This document shows positions 27,985 to 38,688 of a DNA stretch of 64,000 bases, one piece after another. Position 1 is the first letter of the stretch; the number at the start of each line of letters is the position of its first letter. The translations under genes were made by a program, and so were the position numbers. Location of the stretch: positions 6,654 through 70,653 of the forward strand of contig CALHKE010000018.1 in assembly GCA_938033695.1 (NCBI GenBank). The letters are read 5' to 3'. Source of the stretch: an uncultured Candidatus Saccharibacteria bacterium (lineage in GTDB: Bacteria; Patescibacteriota; Saccharimonadia; Saccharimonadales; Saccharimonadaceae). A model generated the notes under the pieces. It did not search any database, was not told where the DNA came from, and was given only the letters and a program-made list of their open reading frames with translations.

Positions 27985-28770
27985 ATGAAAACTCAAATTC
28001 AAAATTTCTGGTTCAGACTTCTTACTAACCTTAATTTTTGGCTGACACTTTGGTCTATAATGTTCGCCTATTTCTTCCTCGTCGGAATTTTGAATTTATT
28101 TTTTGGCAGTCGCCTCATCCCAGATTTTCTCCTCACTATTGCCACCTTTACTAAAGTTTCTACCATCCTCACCTGTCTAATCTACACCAGTTTTTTCGCA
28201 CCAAAAGACTATCTCTTGAGAACGGCACTTCTTTTTACCTTCGCCGCCGATGTCGTACTAGCTATCGATAATATCTCGCCATTTGGCATTATTTTATTCT
28301 GTTTTGCCCAATACTTTCACACCTCACGCTACGCCGATGTTAGCCCCAAATTCTTTATCGCTTGGAGCTTTTTTATTATCTTATTATTTATCTTTACCCA
28401 TTTTTATCAAATTCCAACAATTTATGCCGCCGGCTTCGCCTATGGTAGCTCACTCATTCTTAACCTCGGTCTAGCCGTCCAGTGGTTAAAGCGCAAAACT
28501 CCTCGTTTCCGTCGTGCCGCCATCTGTAATTTTATTGGTTTTATGCTTTTTATCGCCTGCGACCTCACCGTCCTAATCTCTTTTTTCTCACGCATGCAAT
28601 TTCTCCCGATTTTTCTTTATCAACCGGCTAATTTTATTTGTTGGATCTTTTATTTTCCATCACAAATTCTCCTCGCCAATTCCTCCGCCCTCACCAAATC
28701 TTATTACCGTCCCTTCGATTCCGAATTAAAACGTCTCAGTAAAAAATCAAAGCTCATAAATCAGCTTTAA
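27985..28770 (+). CDS. multi-pass membrane protein, YhhN/lysoplasmalogenase-like
   Basis: about 8 TM segments; FAADVVL..GIILF..Q..H and GFMLFIACD motifs. Confidence 0.65.
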   Translation: MKTQIQNFWFRLLTNLNFWLTLWSIMFAYFFLVGILNLFFGSRLIPDFLLTIATFTKVSTILTCLIYTSFFAPKDYLLRTALLFTFAADVVLAIDNISPFGIILFCFAQYFHTSRYADVSPKFFIAWSFFIILLFIFTHFYQIPTIYAAGFAYGSSLILNLGLAVQWLKRKTPRFRRAAICNFIGFMLFIACDLTVLISFFSRMQFLPIFLYQPANFICWIFYFPSQILLANSSALTKSYYRPFDSELKRLSKKSKLINQL

Positions 28771-28821
28771 ATTTTAAATTATTTGTTCACCTAATTACTT
28801 CCATGATATAATATCTCCAAT

Positions 28822-29325
28822 ATGGAAGGTAAAAAGAAAACAAGACCTCGAGCTATCCTGGTATTCGGTGCACCATGTAGTGGAAAAACTACATTTTGTG
28901 AAAAATTCTCACAACGTTTTAAAGCTCCTTACTACGATCTTCGAGCCTTGCGTGAAGAAGCGGACTTCACAGAGAAACAAATTCACGTCGTCCTCGAGGC
29001 GATTGCTAAAACTGGTCAAAACATTGTGATTGAAGGTGGCCTCGATACCGAAGACGAACGCAACTCCGTACGTAAATTATTGAAGCTATCTGGTTATGCG
29101 CCGACTCTGGTTTGGATTCAGACCGATATTAACACCATCAAGCTGCGCTTAAAGCTTAAACTTCGCTCAATTGCGCGCGCCAAGGAAGAATACGACCGCC
29201 GCATCCGTCTTATGGAAGCTCCAGCCGAGATTGAAAAACCAATTATTCTCTCTGGTAAACACACCTTTGAGACCCAGCTTTCTCACGTCTTAGCTCAACT
29301 TCAAAATGATTCTCGCCGATTCTGA
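28822..29325 (+). CDS. P-loop NMP-kinase-like protein (AAA_33)
   Basis: GAPCSGKTT Walker A. Confidence 0.8.
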   Translation: MEGKKKTRPRAILVFGAPCSGKTTFCEKFSQRFKAPYYDLRALREEADFTEKQIHVVLEAIAKTGQNIVIEGGLDTEDERNSVRKLLKLSGYAPTLVWIQTDINTIKLRLKLKLRSIARAKEEYDRRIRLMEAPAEIEKPIILSGKHTFETQLSHVLAQLQNDSRRF

Positions 29326-29875
29326 ATTCGGCGAAATTATCGTTCGCCGCAACGCCTTAGCCAAAAACATTTCTTTTTCACGTTCCACTTCTGGACGACT
29401 CCAAATGTCGGTTCCTTCCTGTGTCACGGACCGTCAAATTAAAAAAAGTCTCGATTCCATGCGAGAGCGTTTACGTGGCCTCAATCTTGCTGATCCCGCT
29501 ACTCAACGTGCCCGTGATGCGCAAAAAAAGCTACTGATGAAGCAGGCCAAAGAATACTTACCTTACCGTCTCGAATATCTAGCGAAACTTTATGGCTATC
29601 ATTATGACAAAGTAACTTTAAAGCATCAGTCCACACGCTGGGGCTCCTGCACTCGTCGTAAAAAATCCCTGTTCGGCGGCTACGAGTTCACCATTTCTAT
29701 GAATATTGGCTTAATGCGTGTACCCGAAGTTCTACGTGATTATTTAATCATTCACGAACTCGCCCACATCAATCATCCCGACCACTCCAAGGCTTTTTGG
29801 CGAGAAGTCGAAAGCCATGATCCAAATTACCGCGCACACCGTGAAATGCTTAAAAAACATAATCCAGGTCTATGA
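29306..29875 (+). CDS. YgjP/DUF45 (M48-like) metallohydrolase
   Basis: TRWGSC, YLIIHELAH..HPDHSKAFW. Confidence 0.9.
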   Translation: MILADSEFGEIIVRRNALAKNISFSRSTSGRLQMSVPSCVTDRQIKKSLDSMRERLRGLNLADPATQRARDAQKKLLMKQAKEYLPYRLEYLAKLYGYHYDKVTLKHQSTRWGSCTRRKKSLFGGYEFTISMNIGLMRVPEVLRDYLIIHELAHINHPDHSKAFWREVESHDPNYRAHREMLKKHNPGL

Positions 29876-29881
29876 TATAAT

Positions 29882-30346
29882 ATGTTTATGCAAGGGCAAT
29901 CTATCTCTAAATTTCTTGATGCCACCAAGGTTCACACCAGTGTTTTTGATCGCAAATTCATGTATCTTTCGGACATCATCGACCCAATATATCGTGAATA
30001 TCTCATTAAGCTTGAAAAAATTGGCGTTAATCTCGATCTTGACGTGATTCGTCGTCGTCACCAAGTTGAAAACTATACTGACATCATCAAATTCATCGTC
30101 GGTTACCTTAATTCACGCCTCAAAAATCCGACTAAGGGGAATATCCTAATCTCTATGAACGCCACTTCCGCCCAGAGTATCGATATCACCCCAGCCAAAT
30201 ATCATCTCGTGATTACCGATGATAGTGTCGTGATGACCGTCGATAGTAGTGAACAATATTCCGCACTTGGTGCCAAAATTAAATCCCGTCTCGGCTTCGG
30301 CACTTCCATTTCTTTCCCGATCCGCGAACCCTACGATTCTATTTAA
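29882..30346 (+). CDS. degenerate histidine-kinase ATPase (HATPase_c)-like protein
   Basis: LVITDD..KIKSRLGFGTSISF resembles GHKL D/G boxes; N-box absent. Confidence 0.45.
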   Translation: MFMQGQSISKFLDATKVHTSVFDRKFMYLSDIIDPIYREYLIKLEKIGVNLDLDVIRRRHQVENYTDIIKFIVGYLNSRLKNPTKGNILISMNATSAQSIDITPAKYHLVITDDSVVMTVDSSEQYSALGAKIKSRLGFGTSISFPIREPYDSI

Positions 30347-30502
30347 TTTTTTATAAAAACAGGAAAATCTACCCCTGTTTTTTTCTTAAATAAAGCACAC
30401 TTTGGTTCATCGTTTTAAATATTTTTCTTAGCATAAAACCACCCCCAATCTCTTGTTTTAAGCATAAGCTTTTGCTAAAATAAACTTATAAACGGGAGCA
30501 TT

Positions 30503-30991
30503 ATGAAAATCAAGAAATCATCAATTTTTGGTGTTTTTGGCGCATTATATCTATGCTTTTTTCTGATTTTTACCTTTTTAGCTTTTCAGCCTCAAACCGT
30601 AGAAGCTAATACCAACCTCATACTCGAAATTCCCAAAATCAACCTCACCTCACCGATTCGCTCGCTCGAGATTAGTGATGAAAATACTCTCACTTCACCG
30701 GAACGCATTGCTGGCGTCTACCACGCTAATCAAAATCACGATTTTATTATTGGTCACTCTACTACAATTTTTCAAAATCTCAACAAGTTATCAATTGGTG
30801 ATACTTTCCGCTTTGACGACCAAACCTACCAAATCAAAACTCGTAAAATCCAGCTAAAATCCGATGTCGACATGTCAAAACTCTTGACCAAAAAATCCAC
30901 CCCGACTATCACCCTGATGACCTGCCATGGTGAAAAAATCTCTGGACACGACTACACCGAACGTCTAATTCTGACCGCAGAATTGACTTAA
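30503..30991 (+). CDS. sortase family protein
   Basis: N-terminal TM; IIGHS, ITLMTC and ERL catalytic His/Cys/Arg. Confidence 0.85.
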   Translation: MKIKKSSIFGVFGALYLCFFLIFTFLAFQPQTVEANTNLILEIPKINLTSPIRSLEISDENTLTSPERIAGVYHANQNHDFIIGHSTTIFQNLNKLSIGDTFRFDDQTYQIKTRKIQLKSDVDMSKLLTKKSTPTITLMTCHGEKISGHDYTERLILTAELT

Positions 30992-31073
30992 CGTAGAGAC
31001 CATCTCTACACGATATCTGTTATTTTTCATAATCTAACGTAGAGACGGTCTCTACGTAATATCTGTTATTTTT
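30989..31073. repeat. two tandem ~39 bp REP-like palindromic repeats
   Basis: TAACGTAGAGAC(CA/GG)TCTCTAC...ATATCTGTTATTTTT at 30989 and 31035. Confidence 0.75.
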
Positions 31074-31113
31074 TATCAAAAAACCTGGAGTTTATCTCCA
31101 GGTTATCTCTATT

Positions 31114-33042
31114 TTAAGCCTTCATTAATCTCACCACGAAACCACCCATTCCTACTACCGGAATTTCCAATTCATCTTCTGCATCCACTACTAGGCGCTC
31201 AATTTTAAGATCCGTTGGGTTCATACGAAAATTCGCTATGTCACCATCACGGAATATAAAAGCATTATATTTTACGTCTTTTTCCAAGAAACTTAACTTA
31301 ATTTTCATCGTACGCGCCATATCATCGACAATACCACCAATATACCAGTCCGTCTCTCCTCGCCCGCGCCTGGCTACCGCATAATACTCTCCGATTTTCC
31401 CGAGCAGTGGCACTTCAATTTCAAAATTCACTGGTACTTTTTGGATAAATGACAGCGCATCCCGATTTTTTTCATAAGATTCTGGGCGGTCGGCTAACAT
31501 CTGCATCCCAGAATGAAATACAACATAGTAAGCTAACTGTCGCGCTATGGTAGAATAAACTTTTTTCGCTGGATTATTTAAGTCAAAAATTCCCGGTGTA
31601 AAATCAAAGCCACCGGCGAGCATTCTCGTGAAAGGTAGAATCACCGCGTGTTTAGAATTCAAACCACCGCCTTCATATTCTTGCCCCTTTGCCCCCTCCG
31701 TACAGAGTAAATTCGGGTAGGTCCTTTCTAACCCCGTGCCCTTAATCGATTCGTGGACATTCAGCATTATTTTTTTCTGTGCCGCTAACTTCAAAACGTT
31801 ACTAAAATGCAACACCCCCGCCTGTGACTGATGAAATTCTTCACGCCCCTTAATCAACATCTTCGGACCTGAATAATCCAATTTCAAGTAATGCACCCCT
31901 TGTGCTTCTAACTCGTCAAATTGCTTAACCAGATTCTTTTCATAATTATCAATCTGACTCGCAGTTTCACATTGTGCCACAATCTCAATATTTTTTTGCT
32001 TAGCACGCTCCAAAATTTTCTTTTTATCTAGCTTCTTTGCCAAATTTTGATCCAACCACCCCTCAATCAAGAGTCCCGAGATACCTAATTTTTCACACCA
32101 ATCAAGATATTCTAAAGCATGCTCCGTCGTCGCACCTTGTCGTTCAGAAGCTGTAAAACTCCAAATCCCAATCAGCATCGCCCACCAAATTCCCAGAAAT
32201 TTAATCGGTTCCACCCAATCAAAATTCATTCTTGGGCTTTGATTTAAGCTTAAAATCATCTTATTTTTCGTCAGTTGCACTGCAGTATCCGCCACCATGA
32301 TTACGCGCCATGGCGTTTCAAAAGGTAGCGTCAAATAAGCCTTCATGCCGTCTGAGAGTGGTGTAATATTCGCCTCCAGTCGACCGATTTTATTCAGCCC
32401 CAAAGTCATCGAACCATAATTAATCAGCGCTGCTTCGTGAATTGACAGAATCTTACCACTCGGAAGTTCTGCGGTAAATGGTGTCTGCCTCGAACCAGTT
32501 AAATTAAAAATCGTCCGCTCTTCATAATCGGCTTCCGATCTCGCCAAAGTAAACGCTGGCATCGACCAACTTTTCGCATGGATATCTAGATTAAATTCCG
32601 TTAGTTCATTCGTAATAATCATCCGCTGAAAACCGGGTTGGGGTGGGAACTCATAACGAAACGCCACCCCCTCATCAAAGACTCGCACTCTTAAAGTAAA
32701 GATACGTCCGTCTTTTTCGCGCTCCGCCAGATAAAAAGTCGTCTCGTTATATTTATTCACAATATCCAAAGTTTCCCCCACCACACTCTGCCAAGTTTCA
32801 TCCTTAAATTTTGGCAAAATCCTCACCACCCCCAAATTTTCCGCAATCGGTTTTTCGTTATAAATTTCGAAACCTAATTTAGAATTACTCAGTAATACTT
32901 CTTGATTTTTTAGCACCCGATAGCTCGGACTACCATTTTTCAGACTAAATTCAAAAACCAAACTCCCACTCGGTGATTTCACATTTACCAAAGAATTAGC
33001 TTTCGCTTCTTCTTTTTTAAAAAGTCCTTTCAAAAAGCCCAT
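31114..33042 (-). CDS. glycoside hydrolase family 97 (alpha-glucosidase-like)
   Basis: RVFDEGVAFRY, IHEAAL, TPWR, GIWW, IEGW, RTYPN..EG..GQEY, PFTRML.G..DFTPG. Confidence 0.92.
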   Translation of the reverse strand: MGFLKGLFKKEEAKANSLVNVKSPSGSLVFEFSLKNGSPSYRVLKNQEVLLSNSKLGFEIYNEKPIAENLGVVRILPKFKDETWQSVVGETLDIVNKYNETTFYLAEREKDGRIFTLRVRVFDEGVAFRYEFPPQPGFQRMIITNELTEFNLDIHAKSWSMPAFTLARSEADYEERTIFNLTGSRQTPFTAELPSGKILSIHEAALINYGSMTLGLNKIGRLEANITPLSDGMKAYLTLPFETPWRVIMVADTAVQLTKNKMILSLNQSPRMNFDWVEPIKFLGIWWAMLIGIWSFTASERQGATTEHALEYLDWCEKLGISGLLIEGWLDQNLAKKLDKKKILERAKQKNIEIVAQCETASQIDNYEKNLVKQFDELEAQGVHYLKLDYSGPKMLIKGREEFHQSQAGVLHFSNVLKLAAQKKIMLNVHESIKGTGLERTYPNLLCTEGAKGQEYEGGGLNSKHAVILPFTRMLAGGFDFTPGIFDLNNPAKKVYSTIARQLAYYVVFHSGMQMLADRPESYEKNRDALSFIQKVPVNFEIEVPLLGKIGEYYAVARRGRGETDWYIGGIVDDMARTMKIKLSFLEKDVKYNAFIFRDGDIANFRMNPTDLKIERLVVDAEDELEIPVVGMGGFVVRLMKA

Positions 33043-33091
33043 ATGCTTAATATTATACCGCATATGCTAAATATGATAAAATATTTTTAAG

Positions 33092-34045
33092 ATGCAAGAC
33101 GATATTAATCTCGAAGAACTCACCAAAAATAGCAAACCAAGTTTCCTCAAAATTTTCTTTATCGTACTTAGTACTATTATTGGCGTATTTGCCATCGCTT
33201 TTGGCGTAGTTTCTTTACTTAAACTCCTTTCAAACACTGCCGAAAAAGTCGAAAATAAAAAACCGGAAATTGCTAAAGTTACCGAAAAACGCGCGCCGCA
33301 TCGCATCGACATGCAGTATCTCATCGACGATTGGCGCCGCGAACAGGGGATTACTGAAGAATCATCAGTATTAATTTATGACCTTAATAACTCTGACATC
33401 GTCGGTCGCTTTAACGACACTAAAACCTTCACTGATCCAAATCTCGTAAATCTATTGATAGCTTACGAAAATTACCGCCGTCTTAGCGATGGTAGTTTTC
33501 ACCTCGAAGACCAAATTAATCTAAAAAATCAAACCGCACTCTCTCGTCAAGATTGTATAAATGAACTTTTCACTTCCGAAAATACCAATTGCAAGGATGC
33601 TCTCCGCGCTGAACTTTCCGATGTTGTACTCAATAATCTTCTCGCTAAAATGGACCTAGAGCATCTCAAAATTTCTGGAAACAACATCACCCTCACCGCG
33701 ACTGACTACCTAAAACTTATTAAATTTATTTATAGTTCCGAAAATCTTAAGTCTGAAAACTGGGATAAATTCTTCGCGCATTTTCTCATCACCGGTGATC
33801 ATTTTGCTCTTATTTCCGGCATTAATAAAGCCACAATCTTCGATTACGCTTCCGCCAAATTAAAAACCGAAACCGCCGCAAACACTCTCCCATATTTCAG
33901 TGAAGCTTCCATCCTCGAATTTAAAGACCTGCCAAAATATCAAGACCGTAAATATATCGTCATTTCACTTAATCAAAATTTTAATCCGACTAAACTCACT
34001 CCTCTTGGTCGAAATCTCGAAGAGCGCATCATTAACGAACGTTAA
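33092..34045 (+). CDS. membrane-anchored class A beta-lactamase-like (serine hydrolase) fold protein, probably inactive
   Basis: N-terminal TM; IYDLN..N..F layout; the SxxK position reads PNLVNL. Confidence 0.55.
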   Translation: MQDDINLEELTKNSKPSFLKIFFIVLSTIIGVFAIAFGVVSLLKLLSNTAEKVENKKPEIAKVTEKRAPHRIDMQYLIDDWRREQGITEESSVLIYDLNNSDIVGRFNDTKTFTDPNLVNLLIAYENYRRLSDGSFHLEDQINLKNQTALSRQDCINELFTSENTNCKDALRAELSDVVLNNLLAKMDLEHLKISGNNITLTATDYLKLIKFIYSSENLKSENWDKFFAHFLITGDHFALISGINKATIFDYASAKLKTETAANTLPYFSEASILEFKDLPKYQDRKYIVISLNQNFNPTKLTPLGRNLEERIINER

Positions 34046-34169
34046 GCCTGTCTAATAATTACCATAAATTTCCTAAGCAGCTGAATTATTGTTTCTTTAT
34101 AAACTTATTTAAAATAGAACGCAATAAAAAATAAATCCCCGGAAGGATTTATTTTTATTTTTTAACTAA

Positions 34170-34703
34170 TTAGGCTTGAGCGTTCCAGCGAGCAATTGCT
34201 TCTTTTACGACTTTCTTAGCTTCCTCAGCGCCAAAGAAACCTTTCACTTCGGTAGTGCCTGGCTTCTTCAAATCTTTGTAATGATTGAAGTGGAATTCGA
34301 TTTGGCGGATCAATTGTTTTGGCAAATCTTCCAAAGTTTGGTACTTATCACCGTTATTACGGTCGTCTTCTGGCACACAAATAATCTTGTCATCAACTTC
34401 ATCAGAGTCAACAAACTTCATTACGCCAAGAATACGGGCCTTCATATAAATGCCAGTCGTCAAAGGCTGATCAGTGATCATCAAAACATCGAGTTCATCA
34501 CCATCCTCATCGAGAGTTTGAGGAATAAAACCATAATTACAAGGCTTTGCAAATGCCATTGGTTCGACACGGTCAAGCATAAAGCAAGCATTTTTGCGGT
34601 CCCATTCAATTTTGTGATTTGAGCCAGTAGGAATCTCGATGACGACATTAAGTTCACCATTTTCGTAGTCACCTGGGGTCAAGATTTTGTTAAAATCAGC
34701 CAT
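34170..34703 (-). CDS. ppa: inorganic pyrophosphatase (family I)
   Basis: NYGFIPQTLDEDGDELDV, DDKII. Confidence 0.95.
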   Translation of the reverse strand: MADFNKILTPGDYENGELNVVIEIPTGSNHKIEWDRKNACFMLDRVEPMAFAKPCNYGFIPQTLDEDGDELDVLMITDQPLTTGIYMKARILGVMKFVDSDEVDDKIICVPEDDRNNGDKYQTLEDLPKQLIRQIEFHFNHYKDLKKPGTTEVKGFFGAEEAKKVVKEAIARWNAQA

Positions 34704-34761
34704 ATTTCTCCTTTATTTTTTCTTATTATACCATTTTTTCTCTCTGTGTTAAACTAGAACT

Positions 34762-35964
34762 ATGGAATTTAACGATTTGAGAAAGCCTCTCGCCGAACGT
34801 ATGCGACCTCAAAGTCTCGACGAGGTTTTTGGGCAAAAAAATATTATCGGCAAAGGCAAAATTCTTACGGAATTAATCAAATCTAAGGAACCGACCAATC
34901 TTATTTTCTGGGGCCCTCCCGGCACCGGTAAAACCACCCTGGCTCGCATTATCGCCAAAGAACTCGACGCTGATTTCGTCGAACTTTCCGCCGTCACCGC
35001 TCATAAATCCGATGTTGAACAGGTAGTCGAACGTGCCAAACAAAATTGGAATCTTAAAGTCCGCACCCTGCTTTTTATTGACGAGATTCATCGTTTCAAT
35101 AAAGCTCAACAGGATGCCTTTTTACCTCATGTGGAATCTGGCCTCATCACCCTCATCGGCGCCACTACGGAAAATCCGAGCTTCGAAGTCATCCCCGCTC
35201 TTATTTCACGTAGTCGCGTAGTGATTTTATCTACCTTAAAAGATTCTGATATCAAAGACATTCTACTTCGCGCCATCGAAAAAGAATATCCTAAAGCTAA
35301 AATCGACCCCGAGGTCATCGATTTTCTCGCCCACCTCAGTCACGGCGACGCTCGTTCGGCACTTGGAGATCTCGAACTCTGTCTTTCACTTAAGAACAAA
35401 CTTACTCTCGATTTTGTCACCAAAACTCTCAATAATAAGGTCAACTATTTCGACAAATCCGGCGATCGTCACTACGATACAATTTCCGCCTTCATTAAAT
35501 CTATGCGAGGTAGCGATGTCGACGCCACACTTTATTACCTCGCCCGTATGCTTGAAGGTGGAGAGGATCCGAAGTTTATCGCCCGTCGTATGGTAATTTT
35601 TGCTTCCGAAGATATCGGACTTGCTGGCAATGGCGCCCTCACTCTCGCCGAATCCGCCTTTTCCGCCATCGAGAAAGTTGGTATGCCAGAAGGGGGAATT
35701 ATCTTATCTCATGTGGCCGTAGCTCTCGCGAAATCTAAAAAAGATCGCTCTAGTTATGACGCTTGGGGTCGCGCTAAGGCTCTCGCCAAAAACACTAGTC
35801 ACTTGCCTATTCCGCTCGAGATTAGAAATCCCGAAACCAAACTGATGAAAAATCTGGGCTATGGCAAAGATTATAAATGGGAAGCCAATTTTCATCACCA
35901 AAAAAGCTACTTACCCGAAGAAATCAAAGACCAAAAACTTTATTTTCCACCAAAGACGATTTAA
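34762..35964 (+). CDS. rarA: replication-associated recombination protein A
   Basis: PLAERMRP, GPPGTGKTT, DEIHRFNKAQQD, ISAFIKSMRGSD, SEDIGLA. Confidence 0.96.
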   Translation: MEFNDLRKPLAERMRPQSLDEVFGQKNIIGKGKILTELIKSKEPTNLIFWGPPGTGKTTLARIIAKELDADFVELSAVTAHKSDVEQVVERAKQNWNLKVRTLLFIDEIHRFNKAQQDAFLPHVESGLITLIGATTENPSFEVIPALISRSRVVILSTLKDSDIKDILLRAIEKEYPKAKIDPEVIDFLAHLSHGDARSALGDLELCLSLKNKLTLDFVTKTLNNKVNYFDKSGDRHYDTISAFIKSMRGSDVDATLYYLARMLEGGEDPKFIARRMVIFASEDIGLAGNGALTLAESAFSAIEKVGMPEGGIILSHVAVALAKSKKDRSSYDAWGRAKALAKNTSHLPIPLEIRNPETKLMKNLGYGKDYKWEANFHHQKSYLPEEIKDQKLYFPPKTI

Positions 35965-36027
35965 ACCACCATAAAAAAATAAAAAATCAACATTTAAAAT
36001 TTGATTTGAGTTTAGTAAAATAAGCAT

Positions 36028-38589
36028 ATGCCAAATAATCACACAACATCGGCTAAAAAAGCCGTTAAGTCTTTTATTTTGGGGGTTAAAATTTTTTCCA
36101 TACGCCAACTTTTCTTTTCTTTATTGATATTATCTAGTTTACTTACACTTAATTTTATTCGGTATTCCTTTTTTGAAACACCAAAAACCATAGCAGAAAG
36201 TAGTACTCCAACAGGCGCCGACAACCCAACTCTTTCTCTCACCATTAGTGGATCTAATCAAATCAATTACAGCGACAGTTCGATTACTGAAAAATCAGCC
36301 ACTACCAATATTAAAGTTAAAACCGACAATGAAACTGGTTACGTAGTAAATTTTTCCAATCAAGCCGCCGATACCACGCTTTATAATTCAGACACCTCCA
36401 GTAATTCCAAGATTACTTCTATCATAAGCGATACAACCACCCTTCCATCAAACACTTACGGTTGGTCACTAGATAATACTACTTTTCAGCCAATTCCAGC
36501 AATTACACAGCCGAAAGATATCATTAAAACTGAAGAGCCCACTGACAATACAGGCGAAACACACGAGCTTCATATAAAAACTAAAATCAATAACACCCTC
36601 GATGCTGGCACTTACAGTACCAATCTTACTTTTTCTGTTATCACTAATAACGCTCCAATCCGTGCTGAGTTTATGGCTAATTTCAGTGCCGCACTCAAAC
36701 AGTATCGTATAGTAAATAATGTTTTAATTTTACCAACTTCATTTAAGCGTTCTCAAAGTGCTCCGAATATATCTACCCCGTTTTTTATTGCATCAAGTCC
36801 AGCTTCTATTAGTGAAATCAAAGTTTGGATCGACCAAGCATCAAAAACATGCTATTGGTATACGGCAGCCGATATCGCAAATTTTAATTCTGACTCCGCA
36901 GGATTTTTTGGCTCAAATGAAAATTTTACTGAACTCACCAATCTTAGCCTTAAAGATCTGGATGCTAAAAATATTACTTTAGCTAATGATATGTTTTCCT
37001 CCACCAACGTTACTAATCTAGACTTATCAAAATTTAAGGCCAAAAATCTTACCAACATGAAACGTATGTTTGCAAACAACCAAAAACTCGAAAGCCTTGA
37101 TCTTTCAAAATTCGGAACAGGAAACGTTACTGATATGTCTGAGCTTTTTGATGGCAACGAATCTCTCACAGAATTAAATATTGAAAACTTTGATACCCAA
37201 AACGTCATAACCATGAAAGCCATGTTCAGAAAAGTTGCCGTCAATCCTCTTAGGCTAAGTCATTTTAAAACCAGTAAAGTTAACGATATGTCGTACATGT
37301 TTCAAGGAGCAAAAACCTCTTTTATAACCGTATATAATTTCGACACTAGCAATGTACGAAATACAACTCACATGTTTGAAAACATGCCCAACCTTGATTA
37401 TCTAGTAACCGCCTGCTTTGACACCAGCAACGTAACTGATATGTCCTATATGTATGCCAATCTGCCAACTATGCAGATGCTAGCCTATGGCCCAGGAGAA
37501 TTATATGATTACGATACAGGAGGTTTTATTAATAAAACCCAAAATGCCACAAACCTAAGTCATATGTTCTACAATATACCTAATCTTAAACATATAGAAA
37601 CCGGTTTTGGACTTCGTGCCATCCAAGAACCTAGAAGATTATTGCCAACCCATTGTCAAGATAGATTGAATAGAAGTCAAAAAAGTGGTCAAATTGCAAT
37701 GAACACCACAAATGCATTAGACATGTCATATATGTTTAGCTCTATGCCGAAATTAGAATATTTACAGATTGATTTTAATACATTCAATACTTCGAACGTT
37801 ACCAACATGTCGCACATGTTTAGTAATCTTAATAGTTTAACTTGCTTCAGTGACTACGGTGGTGGATGTAATGATTTTAGTTATGAAAACCCAAATAGTT
37901 ACGAAGAAGATCAAATAAAAAATCACAATTTTGCCAATATGGACACCTCCAATGTAGCCAACATGGAGTCCATGTTTGAGAATCTAGAATCATATAATTT
38001 TATACAAGAACTCCATTACCCGGAATTTCAGAATTATAATTTAATTGGAACAGAAAATTTTAGAAAAGGAAAAATCGAAAATCTAATTAAATTCGAATAC
38101 AATATGCGAAATGTAACAAATGCACGACGTATGTTCGCAAATACCTACAAGAATCAGGCCCTTGATATTACTGGATTAGAAAGAATTGGAATGGCGGGGC
38201 ATTTGGATATTACTGAAATGTTTGCTATGGACGAAGCTAATCGTAGTGAATTACTGACCATTTTTGGCGTGTCTGACCATTGTAGTGGAGACACACATAC
38301 CGGTTGGACTGCTTATACTTATAAAGTAAATTTCAATGCTCCAAACATTACTGGGACAAATGTATTTAAAAACACCGAAAAGTTATTTGGCGCATTTCCT
38401 CTACCAAATGATACTATTGGAAACCTATCAGATACATCTAAATATTCTAGTTACGATATAAATCATTTCAGCAGCTCCAATGCGAACGATGCAAGTTTTG
38501 CTTCACCTTTTGACTCCACGCATACACACATACGAGAAATCGGTTACTTCTCTGGCATAAAAGATACCTCTAATAGTGTTTGTAACTAA
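36028..38589 (+). CDS. BspA/DUF285-like repeat surface protein
   Basis: signal/TM, beta-rich N-domain (TDNETGY..YG..Y.T.LTF), repeats FDTSNVTDMSYMF. Confidence 0.85.
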   Translation: MPNNHTTSAKKAVKSFILGVKIFSIRQLFFSLLILSSLLTLNFIRYSFFETPKTIAESSTPTGADNPTLSLTISGSNQINYSDSSITEKSATTNIKVKTDNETGYVVNFSNQAADTTLYNSDTSSNSKITSIISDTTTLPSNTYGWSLDNTTFQPIPAITQPKDIIKTEEPTDNTGETHELHIKTKINNTLDAGTYSTNLTFSVITNNAPIRAEFMANFSAALKQYRIVNNVLILPTSFKRSQSAPNISTPFFIASSPASISEIKVWIDQASKTCYWYTAADIANFNSDSAGFFGSNENFTELTNLSLKDLDAKNITLANDMFSSTNVTNLDLSKFKAKNLTNMKRMFANNQKLESLDLSKFGTGNVTDMSELFDGNESLTELNIENFDTQNVITMKAMFRKVAVNPLRLSHFKTSKVNDMSYMFQGAKTSFITVYNFDTSNVRNTTHMFENMPNLDYLVTACFDTSNVTDMSYMYANLPTMQMLAYGPGELYDYDTGGFINKTQNATNLSHMFYNIPNLKHIETGFGLRAIQEPRRLLPTHCQDRLNRSQKSGQIAMNTTNALDMSYMFSSMPKLEYLQIDFNTFNTSNVTNMSHMFSNLNSLTCFSDYGGGCNDFSYENPNSYEEDQIKNHNFANMDTSNVANMESMFENLESYNFIQELHYPEFQNYNLIGTENFRKGKIENLIKFEYNMRNVTNARRMFANTYKNQALDITGLERIGMAGHLDITEMFAMDEANRSELLTIFGVSDHCSGDTHTGWTAYTYKVNFNAPNITGTNVFKNTEKLFGAFPLPNDTIGNLSDTSKYSSYDINHFSSSNANDASFASPFDSTHTHIREIGYFSGIKDTSNSVCN

Positions 38590-38688
38590 AACTCATTAAC
38601 TTCAGTTGCCAAATCCTCTCTTTTATGCTTTAATATAAACACTTTAGTACCTTAACAGGAAAATTGTGTTGTAAAAAGGAGGGTTACC

